Of a DNA stretch of 64,000 bases, positions 19,577-29,644 are shown in pieces (within the stretch, counting starts at the first letter, position 1; each line of letters starts with the position of its first letter). The stretch is from an uncultured Spirochaetota bacterium (GTDB taxonomy: Bacteria > Spirochaetota > UBA4802 > UBA5550): NCBI GenBank assembly GCA_963827275.1, contig CAWHAA010000009.1:64001-128000 (forward strand). The letters run 5' to 3'. The notes beneath the pieces were generated by a model. It searched no databases, was not told the DNA's origin, and saw only the letters and a list, made by a program, of their open reading frames with translations. The position numbers and the translations under genes are program-made.

Positions 19577-19792
19577 ATCTTTTTTTCTCAATAAGTTGTT
19601 TTTTTAAAAACTTATCAAGATTTATTGAAAATATATTCCAAAATATAGATTATATGTCTTTTCCTTGCGATAACTTCCTTAATACTGTACTGATTATATT
19701 GAATGTTACTCTGACACCTGAATTTTTTACTAGGAGATAGAATTTTCTGGCCAGCTTATGGAAAACCCGCCGGGGAATAGAAAAGATAGCGT

Positions 19793-20716
19793 ATGATGGG
19801 TACGGTAGTAAAGATCTACGGTAAGTATTATACTGTAGAATACAATACAAAAAGAATAAACTGCACCCTGAGGGGACGCCTGCGGAAAGACAAGCGTCTT
19901 GAGAAATATTCAGAGCCGGTCGCGGTGGGTGACAGAGTAATATTCGAGCCTGACGGCGAAGATGCCGGTGCCATAGAATCAGTGCTGGAGCGAAAAAATG
20001 TCTTTACCAGGAGGTTCAAGGACAGCGATCGGGATGATCTTATTGCGGCCAACCTGGACCGGATTGTTGTCATCCAGTGTTTTGGAAAGCCCCGTCTCAA
20101 TTTACGCTTTGTTGACAGGCTCATAGTGCGCGGGGTCAGAGAAGGCATTCCTGTGATCCTCTGCGTGAACAAGCTTGACCTTGCCGGCGAGGATGAGAAC
20201 GAAATGATAGATTCCTATTACCGCGGATTCGATCTGGACATCATGCGGATGAGCGCCGTTACCGGCGAAGGGGTTGAAGAGCTGAAGACGGCCCTTGCCG
20301 GCAGGCAATCGATACTTATCGGTAATTCCGGCGTGGGCAAGACAAGCGTGCTCAACCGGATGTACGACGGCCTTGACCTTAAGACAACGGCGGTGTCGTT
20401 GAGCACCGGCAAGGGCCGGCATACGACCACGAATGTCTCAATGTTCAGCCTGGATGGCGATACCCGCATCATCGATACGCCGGGCTTGCGCGAGTTCGGC
20501 CTGATGGACATCGAGCCTGAAGAGCTTGGCATCTACTTTATGGAATTCGGCCGGTATGCCGGCAAGTGCGGCTTCAGTCCCTGCACGCACGACCATGAGC
20601 CGGGATGCAATGTAAAGAAACAGGTCGAGAAAGGAAAAATCAGCGAAGACCGCTACGTGTCATATCTGAACATACTCGCGACGCTGAAGGATTATTTTGA
20701 AAACAGGTATCGATGA
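19793..20716 (+). CDS. rsgA: Ribosome small subunit-dependent GTPase A
   Basis: 'AVGDRV', 'NKLDL', 'GNSGVGKTS', 'GKGRHTTT', 'DTPGLREF', Zn finger 'CGFSPCTHDHEPGC'. Confidence 0.95.
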   Translation: MMGTVVKIYGKYYTVEYNTKRINCTLRGRLRKDKRLEKYSEPVAVGDRVIFEPDGEDAGAIESVLERKNVFTRRFKDSDRDDLIAANLDRIVVIQCFGKPRLNLRFVDRLIVRGVREGIPVILCVNKLDLAGEDENEMIDSYYRGFDLDIMRMSAVTGEGVEELKTALAGRQSILIGNSGVGKTSVLNRMYDGLDLKTTAVSLSTGKGRHTTTNVSMFSLDGDTRIIDTPGLREFGLMDIEPEELGIYFMEFGRYAGKCGFSPCTHDHEPGCNVKKQVEKGKISEDRYVSYLNILATLKDYFENRYR

Positions 20717-21474
20717 CCATGATCAGTATTAAGGGCCTTCGCATATCATTCAGCGGTACCACTGTCATCGACGGTGTCGATCTCTATGTCCCTGAAGGAA
20801 AAACGCTTGTCCTCATGGGAAAAAACGGGTCCGGAAAATCGACGATCCTGAAGGCGCTGTCGGGGCTGATCGATTATGATGGCTCCATCGAGATTAACGG
20901 GACTGACATCAGGGAGCTCTATCGTGACCGCTATAACACGGGTGCGCATGGCGCCGCCCCGCTCAGGATTGCCTACGTGTTCCAGAAGGGGGGGCTGTTT
21001 GACTCCATGAACGTGTTCGATAATGTGGCCTTCGGTCTCAGGCGGCTGGGCGCAGACGGCCCGTCCGTTGAAAAGCGGGTTGTCGAATCCCTGGCGCGGG
21101 TCGGATTGAAGGGAAACGAGCTCAAGGCAATATCGGAGCTGTCCGGCGGCATGCAGAAGCGCGTGGGCCTGGCGCGTGCGGTCTGCCTCGAACCGAACGT
21201 AATTTTTTTCGATGACCCGGCCGCGGGACTTGACCCGATCCTCTCTGATTCCATTGCCGATTTGATCTGCGAGATACGGCAGTCGCTGAACGCCACCTCG
21301 ATCGTTGTCACGCATGACGCCGTGGTGGCCCGCAAGGTGGCGGATTCCATCGCACTCCTGTATAACGGCAGGATCGTGTACGTGGGCGACAGCGCCGGCT
21401 TCTTCTCGATGTCCGATCCCTTCGCGCGCCAGTTCATCGAGGGCGATGCCGAAGGGCCTATCGATATATTCTGA
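20713..21474 (+). CDS. ABC transporter ATP-binding protein (MlaF/Mkl-like)
   Basis: Walker A GKNGSGKS, 'VFQKGGLFDSMNVFDNVAF', 'LSGGMQKRVGLARA', 'GLDPI'. Confidence 0.88.
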   Translation: MTMISIKGLRISFSGTTVIDGVDLYVPEGKTLVLMGKNGSGKSTILKALSGLIDYDGSIEINGTDIRELYRDRYNTGAHGAAPLRIAYVFQKGGLFDSMNVFDNVAFGLRRLGADGPSVEKRVVESLARVGLKGNELKAISELSGGMQKRVGLARAVCLEPNVIFFDDPAAGLDPILSDSIADLICEIRQSLNATSIVVTHDAVVARKVADSIALLYNGRIVYVGDSAGFFSMSDPFARQFIEGDAEGPIDIF

Positions 21475-21500
21475 GCACGGCGGACGCCCGCTTTTTTATC

Positions 21501-21529
21501 TTGACACGTATCTTTCAAGTACCTATGTT
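21501..21529 (+). promoter_or_regulatory. sigma70-type promoter
   Basis: TTGACA-17bp-TATGTT upstream of the epimerase. Confidence 0.55.
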
Positions 21530-21571
21530 CACCAAATATTGTTCTCCATGTGATTTGTCAGGGACATTGCA

Positions 21572-22624
21572 TTGAAACTTCTTGTTACCGGAACTGCAGG
21601 TTTTATCGGGTTTCACCTGGCCGAGGCCTTTGCCGCGCGTGGCGATGATGTCATGGGCATGGACAACCTGAGTGACTATTATGATGTCGACCTCAAATAC
21701 GCCAGGCTGGCCGCCTCGGGCATTTCGAAAGACGGTCTCGCAGAGGGGGCCGTTGCCAGGAGCGTGAAATATCCGAACTACCGTTTTGTCCTGCGCGACC
21801 TGCTGGACAGAGATGGGCTCGACGCCATGTTCGGGCGGGAACGGTTCGACGCGGTGTGCCACCTGGCCGCGCAGGCTGGAGTGCGCTTTTCCCTCGAGAA
21901 CCCGCACGCGTACATCGATGCCAACATCACCGGATTCCTGAATGTCCTGGAAGCGTGCCGCCGCCACGGCACGGGCCACCTGGTCTTCGCCAGCAGTTCC
22001 TCCGTGTACGGGCTCAATGAGAAGATGCCCTTCAGCACATCTGACAATGTTGATCACCCGGTGAGTCTCTACGGCGCGACCAAGAAATGCGATGAGCTGA
22101 TGGCGCACACCTACAGCCACCTCTTCGGCATCCCCGCGACCGGCCTCCGCTTTTTCACCGTGTATGGCCCCTGGGGGCGGCCCGATATGGCGCCCTTCCT
22201 CTTCGCCCGGTCGATCATGGAAGGGACCCCGATAAACGTATTCAACAACGGCGACATGGCGCGGGACTTCACGTATATCGACGATATCGTCAACGGCGTT
22301 GTCCGCGTGACTGACCGGCCGCCAGCGGGGGACCCGGCATGGAACGGCGCGGTCCCGGACCCGGGGAGCTCGAGGGCCCCGTACAAGATCTACAATATCG
22401 GGAACGGCGCGCCGGTGAAGCTCCTCGATTTTATCGGCGCCCTTGAAGAGCGTCTCGGCAAAAAGGCCGTGAAAAATTTCATGCCGATGCAGCCGGGCGA
22501 CGTGCACGCGACCTATGCGGATGTCTCCGACCTGTCACGCGACATCGGGTATGCGCCCTCCACGGCGCTGGGACCCGGGCTGGACCGCTTTGTGCGCTGG
22601 TTTCTTGACTACTATGGACGGTGA
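21572..22624 (+). CDS. NAD-dependent epimerase, UDP-glucuronate 4-epimerase type
   Basis: 'TGTAGFIG', 'HLAAQAGVRFSLENP', 'YGATKK', 'RFFTVYGPWGRPDMA', 'MQPGDV'; TTG start. Confidence 0.92.
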   Translation: MKLLVTGTAGFIGFHLAEAFAARGDDVMGMDNLSDYYDVDLKYARLAASGISKDGLAEGAVARSVKYPNYRFVLRDLLDRDGLDAMFGRERFDAVCHLAAQAGVRFSLENPHAYIDANITGFLNVLEACRRHGTGHLVFASSSSVYGLNEKMPFSTSDNVDHPVSLYGATKKCDELMAHTYSHLFGIPATGLRFFTVYGPWGRPDMAPFLFARSIMEGTPINVFNNGDMARDFTYIDDIVNGVVRVTDRPPAGDPAWNGAVPDPGSSRAPYKIYNIGNGAPVKLLDFIGALEERLGKKAVKNFMPMQPGDVHATYADVSDLSRDIGYAPSTALGPGLDRFVRWFLDYYGR

Positions 22625-22694
22625 CGGTCCTTTTTCATGATAACGCCCCCGATTTTTGAAGGAGTATCGGCGCGGCCATGCCGATAGTTGATGT

Positions 22695-23844
22695 ATGAAC
22701 GTTCCTTTCCATAAACCCTATATCACCGAGGATGAAATCAGCGCAGCCGCCGATATGATGCGTGCGGGATGGCTCACCGCGGGCGTAACCACCGCCTCCT
22801 TCGAGGAAGAATTCAGGAAATATGTCGGGTGCGGAAACGCCGTCTCCGCGAATTCCGCCACCGCCGGGATGCACCTTTCGCTCTCCTGCCATCGGGCTCA
22901 GGGAGCATGATGAGGTGCTGATGCCGGCGATGACCTTCACCGCAACCGCGGAGGTGGTGCGCTACTTCAACGCGTGGCCGGTGCTGGTGGACATCGAGCC
23001 GGACACCCACCTGATGGACGCGAATAAAATCGAGGAGAAGATCACCGCGCGCACCAGGGCCATCATGCCGGTGCATTTCGCCGGCCAGCCGTGCGACATG
23101 GACGAGATAATGGATATCGCGCGCAGGCACGGCCTGGAGGTCATCGAGGACGCGGCGCATTGCCTCCCCTCCTGGTACAAGGGGAGGCCGGTCGGCGCCC
23201 TGGGCGGCGACGCCTGCTTCAGCTTCTACGCCACCAAGACCATCACCACCGGCGAGGGCGGCATGGTCTGCACCGATAACGACGAGCGCGCGAAGCGGAT
23301 GCGCGTGCTCCGTCTCCACGGCATCGACCGCGACGCGTGGCAGCGGCACAACTCGCAGCGCTTCTGGCAGTATGACGTGGTGGAGGCGGGATTCAAGTAC
23401 AATACCACCGACATCGCGTCGGCCATCGGCATCGAGCAGCTGAAGAAGGCGGAGAAAATTTGGCATATGAGAAAAAGGGTCGCCGAGCGCTATACCGCCG
23501 CGTTCAGCGGGCAGGACGGGCTTGTGCCATACACCGTGAAGCCGGACCGCGTCACCTCGTGGTACCTGTACCCGCTGGACCTCGGCCTCGACGCGCTGAC
23601 GATCACCAGGGACCGCTTTATCGAAGAGATGCGCGCCCGGGGGGTGGGGACAAGCGTTCATTTCATCCCCCTCTATGAATTCAGCTATTATAAAAGAATC
23701 GGTTATACGGGAGAGGGGCTGGACAATTGCCGGCATGTCTTCGAACGGACCATGTCCCTTCCCATTTTCCCGGCCATGACCGATGCCGAGATCGATTATG
23801 TCATAGAAAATGTGCTTGATCTGGCGAAAAAGAACAAGCGCTGA
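22695..23844 (+). CDS. DegT/DnrJ/EryC1/StrS sugar aminotransferase, one frameshift near 22885
   Basis: N-term 'VPFHKPYI…GWLTAG…NSATAGMHL' in one frame. It continues 'AIGLREHDEV…IEDAAH…FSFYATKTITTGEGGM' in the next frame. Confidence 0.88.
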
Positions 23845-23867
23845 TATCCCTGGGAGATGACCGAACA

Positions 23868-25792
23868 ATGAGCGTTTTCTATCCGGTGCGGGGCAAGCGG
23901 ATCCTCTTTCCGATCATCGATGCCGGTATCGTCGCGGCGTCAGTTGCCGTTTCCTGCGCCCTGTCGGGCCTTCCGCTCGAGGGGGCGGTGCCCGGCGACA
24001 TGGCCCTGCGCTACGCGCTGCCCCTGGCGGTCTGCCTCATCGGGGCGTTCTATTTCTTCCAGATCTACCGCATCATGTGGACGTATTCGAGCACTCGGGG
24101 ATGTCTACCGTCTCCTGGCGGCCGGCATGACCGGCTACGGCCTGTTCTTCGCGGTGATCGCCGCCACCGGCACGGCATTCACTGCCGCGTTCATGGTGAT
24201 GACGTTTCTTTTGTCGATGCTGCTCTCGGTCTTTTACCGCGTTCTGCTCAGGGATTATTTCTTGCGGCAGACCAGGAATGGGACGGGCGGCGGGACGGCC
24301 GGTCTGGGCGATGCAAGGAAGAATATTCTGATCATCGGGGCAGGGGAGGCGGGCCACATTATACTCTCCGAGTACATCAAGAAGGGACTGGGCAGGCCTC
24401 ATCGCCGGGTTTGCCGATGATGATCCGGGCAAGATCGGGAAGATCATGAACGGGAAGCTGGTCTTCTGCGATACCGCGAGCGTCAACAGCGTCATACGGG
24501 AACGGGTGATCAGCGAGGTCGTCATCGCCATGCCGTCGGTGGGATCGGAGAAGATCAACCGTATCGCTTCGGGGATACGGCGCGTTCACCGCGTCGCTTC
24601 CCATCAAGGTGATGCCCCACCAGCTTCGAGCTCGATGAGCGGAAGCCGCTCTCCATATCTCTCCGTGACATCAGCATCGCAGACCTGATCGGCCGCGAGG
24701 AGGTGCGGGTCGACGCGGCGCTGATCGAAAAAAAATATTCAGGGAAGACCGTCCTCATCACCGGGGCGGGGGGCAGCATCGGGTCTGAGATCTGCAGGCA
24801 GCTGCTGAATTACAATATTAAAAAGCTTGTCGCGGTGGGCAGGGGCGAATTTTCCATGTATAACCTGATCACGGATCCTGAACGACGATGCGGGCTTTCT
24901 CGGCGGAACCCGCCGCTCATCGTGTACCGGATCGCGGACATAAAGGACTTCCGCCTCATGGACTCGATCTTCAGCGAGCACCGGCCGGATATCGTGTTCC
25001 ACGCCGCGGCGCACAAGCATGTCCCCCTCATGGAGTTCAACGAGGCGGAGGCGGTGCAGAACAACGTGCGGGGAACGAAGAACGTGCTCGAGCTGGCGCA
25101 CCGGCACGGCACCGGGGAGTTCGTCTTCATCTCCACGGACAAGGCCGTGAACCCGACCAGCGTCATGGGCGCCACCAAGCGGATCGCGGAGATCGCTGAC
25201 GAATTACTACCACCGGACAGAAGGGCTTACCACCACCATCGTCCGGTTCGGCAACGTCATCGGCAGCAGGGGCTCGGTCATCCCTCTCTTCATGGAGCAG
25301 ATCGAGCGGGGCGGCCCCGTGACCGTGACCCACCCCGATGTCACGCGCTATTTCATGAGCATCCCCGAGGCGTCGCTGCTCGTCCTCAACGCCGCGGCCT
25401 ATTCAGCCGGCGGCGAGCTCTTCGTGCTCGACATGGGCAGCCAGTACCGTGTCGCGGAGATCGCGCAGCGGCTCATCGAGTTTTACGGCTACCGCTCCGA
25501 TGACGAAATCAGGATCGAGTACACGGGCCTCCGGCCCGGCGAGAAGATGCACGAGGACCTTTTCTACGAGGATGAGAGCCTCACCAGGACCCCCAACGAA
25601 AAGATCTTCATCCTCGCCGCGGGCGATGAGCCGGACAGCGCGCTGATCGGTTCGTTTTTAAAGGACGACCTGCCCGGCATTGTCGGCAGCAGCCCCGAAG
25701 CGATCAGGCGGACAATAAAAACGATCGTACCAACCTACGAGCCGGGCCCTGCCCGGGACGATGCCGGCTCGAATAAAAAGCTCGTCAGCTGA
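23868..25792 (+). CDS. CapD/PglF-type membrane-bound nucleotide-sugar 4,6-dehydratase, several frameshifts (about 24095, 24400, 24600, 24880-24900, 25197)
   Basis: TM N-term, 'ILIIGAGEAG', 'ITGAGGSIGSEICRQ', 'FHAAAHKHVPLME', 'STDKAVNPTSVMGATKR', 'VRFGNV', 'GLRPGEKMHE', spread over successive frames. Confidence 0.85.
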
Positions 25793-25887
25793 CGGGCCCG
25801 CCGTTTTCCCGCTCCAGGCGATTTCCTTAAGGGCTTGACAATAAACCGGTGCGGGAAGTATGCTATGACACCTGGACGCGGTATGCC

Positions 25888-26838
25888 ATGAATGATATAA
25901 CCATGTATGAAAGCTCGGATTTCTCGCAGGAGGAACTCCTCAGGGCCAGGGGCCGGAGGAGGATCATCGTCGTCTTTTCCACGTACGGCGAGCGTGAGGC
26001 CGGGCTTATCCGTGACAAGATCCGGCTCCTCCGCTCCGGGCTGGGCGACTGCATCGACGGAATCCTGCTTTCGCACCGGCGCGCGGGGAACGGCGAGGAC
26101 GAGACCGAGCGGATGGCGCGCGATGCGTGGGAGGGGACGGAAGTGGTCGTGTGCAATTCCTACCGCGTCCCCGACATGGGCGATGAGCGGGGGAAGGGCG
26201 CGGACATGCGCCGGGCGCTGCACCGCGTGAACACGCTCTGGGGCAGGAAGGCGGGCCCGCGCAACGTTGTCGTGGTGTTCCTTGATGCGGATGTCACGCC
26301 GGAATATTTCGGGGCGCACTTTGTCCTGGCGCTGGCCGGCGCCGTGCTCAAAGGCAATGACTTCGCCCGCGCGAGCTTCTGGCGGGCGATGGGAAGGATC
26401 AAGAAGTTCGTGGCGCAGCCCCTGTATTCCGTGATCGACCATCCCGATCTGCGGAAGCTTGCACAGTTCCATTATCCCCTGTCGGGTGAGGCCGCGGGCA
26501 CCCTTGAGTTTTTCAACAGCGTGCATTTCTGGCAGCGGTACGGCGTGGAGACGGGCATCAATATCGACACCTGCATGGGGCCATGGCGTGTGGCCGACGT
26601 CAACCTCGGCCTTTATGACCACGCGCACCACGGCGACCTGGACGTCCAGAAAATGGCCTTCGGGATCATCCGCACCTACCTCATGCAGCTGCGCGATTAC
26701 GGCATCATACGGCTCGCTGAAAACGCCGAGATATCCGACATCTTCCGTGTATCGTATATCGACGGCGACGGCGCGAGGCAGCAGCTCGAATTTGAGCTCG
26801 ATGAGAAGAAGTACGCCCCGTTGAAGGAGATATTGTAA
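25888..26838 (+). CDS. Glucosyl-3-phosphoglycerate synthase-like glycosyltransferase (GT-A fold)
   Basis: 'GKGADM', DXD in 'VFLDADV', 'YPLSGE', 'YGVETG…ID', 'VNLG…H' are GpgS-like motifs. TTGACA-18bp-TATGCT lies upstream. Confidence 0.7.
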   Translation: MNDITMYESSDFSQEELLRARGRRRIIVVFSTYGEREAGLIRDKIRLLRSGLGDCIDGILLSHRRAGNGEDETERMARDAWEGTEVVVCNSYRVPDMGDERGKGADMRRALHRVNTLWGRKAGPRNVVVVFLDADVTPEYFGAHFVLALAGAVLKGNDFARASFWRAMGRIKKFVAQPLYSVIDHPDLRKLAQFHYPLSGEAAGTLEFFNSVHFWQRYGVETGINIDTCMGPWRVADVNLGLYDHAHHGDLDVQKMAFGIIRTYLMQLRDYGIIRLAENAEISDIFRVSYIDGDGARQQLEFELDEKKYAPLKEIL

Positions 26839-26884
26839 TTTACGGTTGAAGGCGGGGTCGGGTGACCCCGCCTTCAACCGTAAA
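26839..26884. repeat. Perfect 21-bp inverted repeat (terminator or REP-like hairpin)
   Basis: TTTACGGTTGAAGGCGGGGTC-GGGT-GACCCCGCCTTCAACCGTAAA. Confidence 0.85.
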
Positions 26885-26904
26885 CAATAAAGAGAGGATC
26901 AGCG

Positions 26905-27495
26905 ATGAGCAGGCTTATGCAGATGGCCGGCGACAAGGCCCACCAGCGGACGATCACCATCTCCACGTACCCGGCAGGCCCCGAAAAGGTCATTGTCGAG
27001 GGAAGCCTCGTGGACCGGCGGCTTAACGATTATTACCTGATGACCGGTGAAAAGAGGCCGGCCGGAGAGATCCACCACATGGCGGTCCGGCTCCTGGTTG
27101 AGACCGCCGGTTTCAGCATAGAAGACGTCGAGGTCGACCTGGTGGCCGTCCCGCGCGATGAATGCGCCGAGGTCCGGGACACCCTTGACGTCATCAAAGG
27201 AGAGAAGATCGCGCGTGGATTTTCCGGAAGGATGAAGGAGCTCCTGGGGGGCGTTAAAAGCTGCACCCACCTGCTGACGCTCCTTGTCGCCATGGGGCCC
27301 GCGGCGCTCCAGGGTATCTTTTCGAGCAGGGCGCAGAAACCGATGGACATGGCCGCGATGATGGCCGACCCTTCAAGGACGGGTTTTTTCATGAAGACCC
27401 TCCTCAATACCTGCCGCGTGTGGCGCGAGGACGGCCCCGCGTTTAAGCGCCTCAGGGAGACGATAGAAAAGATGACGGCGGGCGTGAAGAAGTAA
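26905..27495 (+). CDS. DUF2889-like protein
   Basis: 'HQRTITI…VEGSLVD…IHHMAVRL…C…GGVKSCTHL…LNTCRVW' pattern; GAGGA RBS. Confidence 0.75.
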   Translation: MSRLMQMAGDKAHQRTITISTYPAGPEKVIVEGSLVDRRLNDYYLMTGEKRPAGEIHHMAVRLLVETAGFSIEDVEVDLVAVPRDECAEVRDTLDVIKGEKIARGFSGRMKELLGGVKSCTHLLTLLVAMGPAALQGIFSSRAQKPMDMAAMMADPSRTGFFMKTLLNTCRVWREDGPAFKRLRETIEKMTAGVKK

Positions 27496-27505
27496 CCGTG
27501 GCCGG

Positions 27506-29590
27506 TTATCCTGCGGGAGCGGCGGCCTGTTTTTTCCTGACGAGGATCACCGTCAGGTCGTCATGCATCTCCTTCGTGCCCAGGTAGTGGAAAAAGTCGC
27601 CGACCACGATGTTCAGCAGCTTCTGCGATGCGTCGCCCTGGGCATTCTGGAGCGATTGCATGATCCGCGTCTCCCCGTATTCCTCGCCGCTTGCGTTCGA
27701 CGATTCGATCATCGAATCAGTGTAGAGCAGGATCGCGTCGTCCTCTTTCAGCCTGAAGGATATCTCCTTGAAACAGACGGCGGTATGGGACGTGCGGGTG
27801 TCGATGCCCAGGAAGGGGCCGCCCACGCGCTCCCCGCTCTTGTCGAGGACCTTGCCGGTTTTATTGATCTCGTTTTTTTTGCAGATGATGTCCGGGTGCG
27901 CGCAATTGATATACTCGATCTGGTCGCCCTTGAAACGGAGGATGACGCCGGTCAGGTAATTGTCAATCTCCTTGATCTCGGTTATAAGGCGCTCGTTGAT
28001 CTTTTCGACCACCGCGCCGAGCGGCATCTCCTTCATCTCGAAAAACGTGGCTGATATGATCGATTTCGCCATCAGGGTGAGCAGCCCCGGGGCGATGCCG
28101 TGCCCTGAGACATCGAATATGCCCAGCCCGGTGAGGGAGCCGTTCTCCTCGAAGAAGTCGTAAAAGTCCCCCGATACCCCGGACTTGGGGATAAAGACCA
28201 GCGCGATGTCATAAAAGGGTGAAAACGGCGCTTTTTTCGGCAGGAGCGACGACTGCAGGTTCGCGGCCATGACCATGTCCTTGCGGTAAACGGTCTGGGA
28301 TTCCTCGAGCTCGCGGTTGGTGAGGGTCAGCCGCTCGTTGGTCGCTTCGAGCTCTTCCATCGTCGCCTCGACTTCATCTTTCGCCTCCGACAGCTCCCGG
28401 GTCCGCTCTTCAACCTTGTCTTCGAGGTGTATGTTGATTTCCGCAAGGTTTTTCGTCAGGGAGTTCACCCTGTCGGCGAGCCCGAGGGAGAAGAGGGATA
28501 TCGAAAATATGGTGCCGATCTGGTATGCCCAGAGGGTGAGAAAATGGTTCGGCAGCAGGCCGAACCTGTTCCCGACGGTGATGATGACCCCGGCAAAAAG
28601 AAAAGACCACGCGACGGTATAGAAAATCGCCTCCCGTCTTTTTTTCCTGATCAGGTACGCCGCGATTACCGTGACGAGCAGTATGCCCGGGAGGAACGAG
28701 GCGGCCCCCACCATGATGGTGATATGGTAGGGAAGGAAGAACGTCAGGACGGCGAAGAGTATGATGATTCCGAGATATACCTTGAGCGTGTATACGAAAT
28801 ACTTGTGCAGCTCGCGCGGGTCGATGTACTTTATCGAGAATACCGTGAGGCAGATGTTCTGGATGAAGAGCGAGAAGGGCACGAGGCTGTTCATCCACGG
28901 GGTATTCGGCCAGAGGTATTGGAACCCGTACCCGTTGAGCTGGAGCGATCCGAAAACCAGCGAGGCGATGAACACCGAGTACGCGAGGTACGCAAGGTCC
29001 CTCATCGAAATGGCGAGGAGCAGATTGTAGATCATCAGTAATAACAGGGCCCCGTAAAAAAGACCGAACACCGTTTTTTGCGTATTGATTTCCGCTATGA
29101 CATTTTTCAGCGAGTGGATCTTCAACGGAATATTCATGGAGCTTTCAGTCTGGAAGCGGAGATAATAGGTGTAGGTCCCGGGTTCGCCCTCCAGGAGTAT
29201 AAGAAAATTGTGATGGTTGATGTCCCGTTTCCCGAACGGGAGCTTGTTCCCGAAATGGCTTGCGGTGTATACGCTGTCCGCGCCGGGGGTGTAGAGGTCA
29301 ATGCTGTTCAGCAGCGGATACCCGATTTCAAGGAACCATTCCTTATCGTTCTCCTCGGGTATCGTCACGGTAAATCGGGCCCAGATGATATCGTTGATGA
29401 ACCCGAACGCGTCTTTTTCCGTCCTGACGAATTTGCCTGACGCTTTTGCCTGCTCAAACGTGATGGTCCCTGCCGGGTCCCTCATCGCTTCGAAGGGCAC
29501 GTCGTATGAATCCGCAGACCCGAGAGTGAGCGCATGCGCCTGGAGCGGCAGTATGATTGTTGCAAGCAGCAGTACGATATAATATCGCAT
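27506..29590 (-). CDS. 7TM-DISM sensor fused to PP2C/SpoIIE phosphatase
   Basis: Signal peptide, DISMED2-like 'IIWARFTV…WFLEIGYPLLNSIDLY', seven TMs ('FGLFYGALLLLMIYNL', 'GYGFQYLWP'), coiled coil, and PP2C motifs 'VSGDFYD', 'DVSGHG', 'LYTD', 'DDLT'. Confidence 0.9.
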   Translation of the reverse strand: MRYYIVLLLATIILPLQAHALTLGSADSYDVPFEAMRDPAGTITFEQAKASGKFVRTEKDAFGFINDIIWARFTVTIPEENDKEWFLEIGYPLLNSIDLYTPGADSVYTASHFGNKLPFGKRDINHHNFLILLEGEPGTYTYYLRFQTESSMNIPLKIHSLKNVIAEINTQKTVFGLFYGALLLLMIYNLLLAISMRDLAYLAYSVFIASLVFGSLQLNGYGFQYLWPNTPWMNSLVPFSLFIQNICLTVFSIKYIDPRELHKYFVYTLKVYLGIIILFAVLTFFLPYHITIMVGAASFLPGILLVTVIAAYLIRKKRREAIFYTVAWSFLFAGVIITVGNRFGLLPNHFLTLWAYQIGTIFSISLFSLGLADRVNSLTKNLAEINIHLEDKVEERTRELSEAKDEVEATMEELEATNERLTLTNRELEESQTVYRKDMVMAANLQSSLLPKKAPFSPFYDIALVFIPKSGVSGDFYDFFEENGSLTGLGIFDVSGHGIAPGLLTLMAKSIISATFFEMKEMPLGAVVEKINERLITEIKEIDNYLTGVILRFKGDQIEYINCAHPDIICKKNEINKTGKVLDKSGERVGGPFLGIDTRTSHTAVCFKEISFRLKEDDAILLYTDSMIESSNASGEEYGETRIMQSLQNAQGDASQKLLNIVVGDFFHYLGTKEMHDDLTVILVRKKQAAAPAG

Positions 29591-29644
29591 GTCGTGGATA
29601 ATGATGGCCGCCCCGCGCGGCGCGGGGCGGCTCCCTCCAAAAAA

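Larger units (their letters stand above)
18021..19718 (+). repeat. Four direct copies of TACTCTGACMCC (18021-18032, 18876-18887, 18993-19004, 19707-19718)
   Basis: Read directly: TACTCTGACCCC twice and TACTCTGACACC twice, all on the + strand, in otherwise very AT-rich DNA. Confidence 0.9.

Noticed and set aside
18021..19718. Direct repeats read as a CRISPR array
   Set aside because: The repeats are only 12 bp, with irregular 117-855 bp spacing that contains genes, and no cas genes are present.
20132..20143. GGGGTCAGAGAA, an inverted near-copy of the RAYT-island repeat
   Set aside because: It lies inside rsgA, encoding ordinary G-V-R-E codons in GC-rich DNA; most likely chance.
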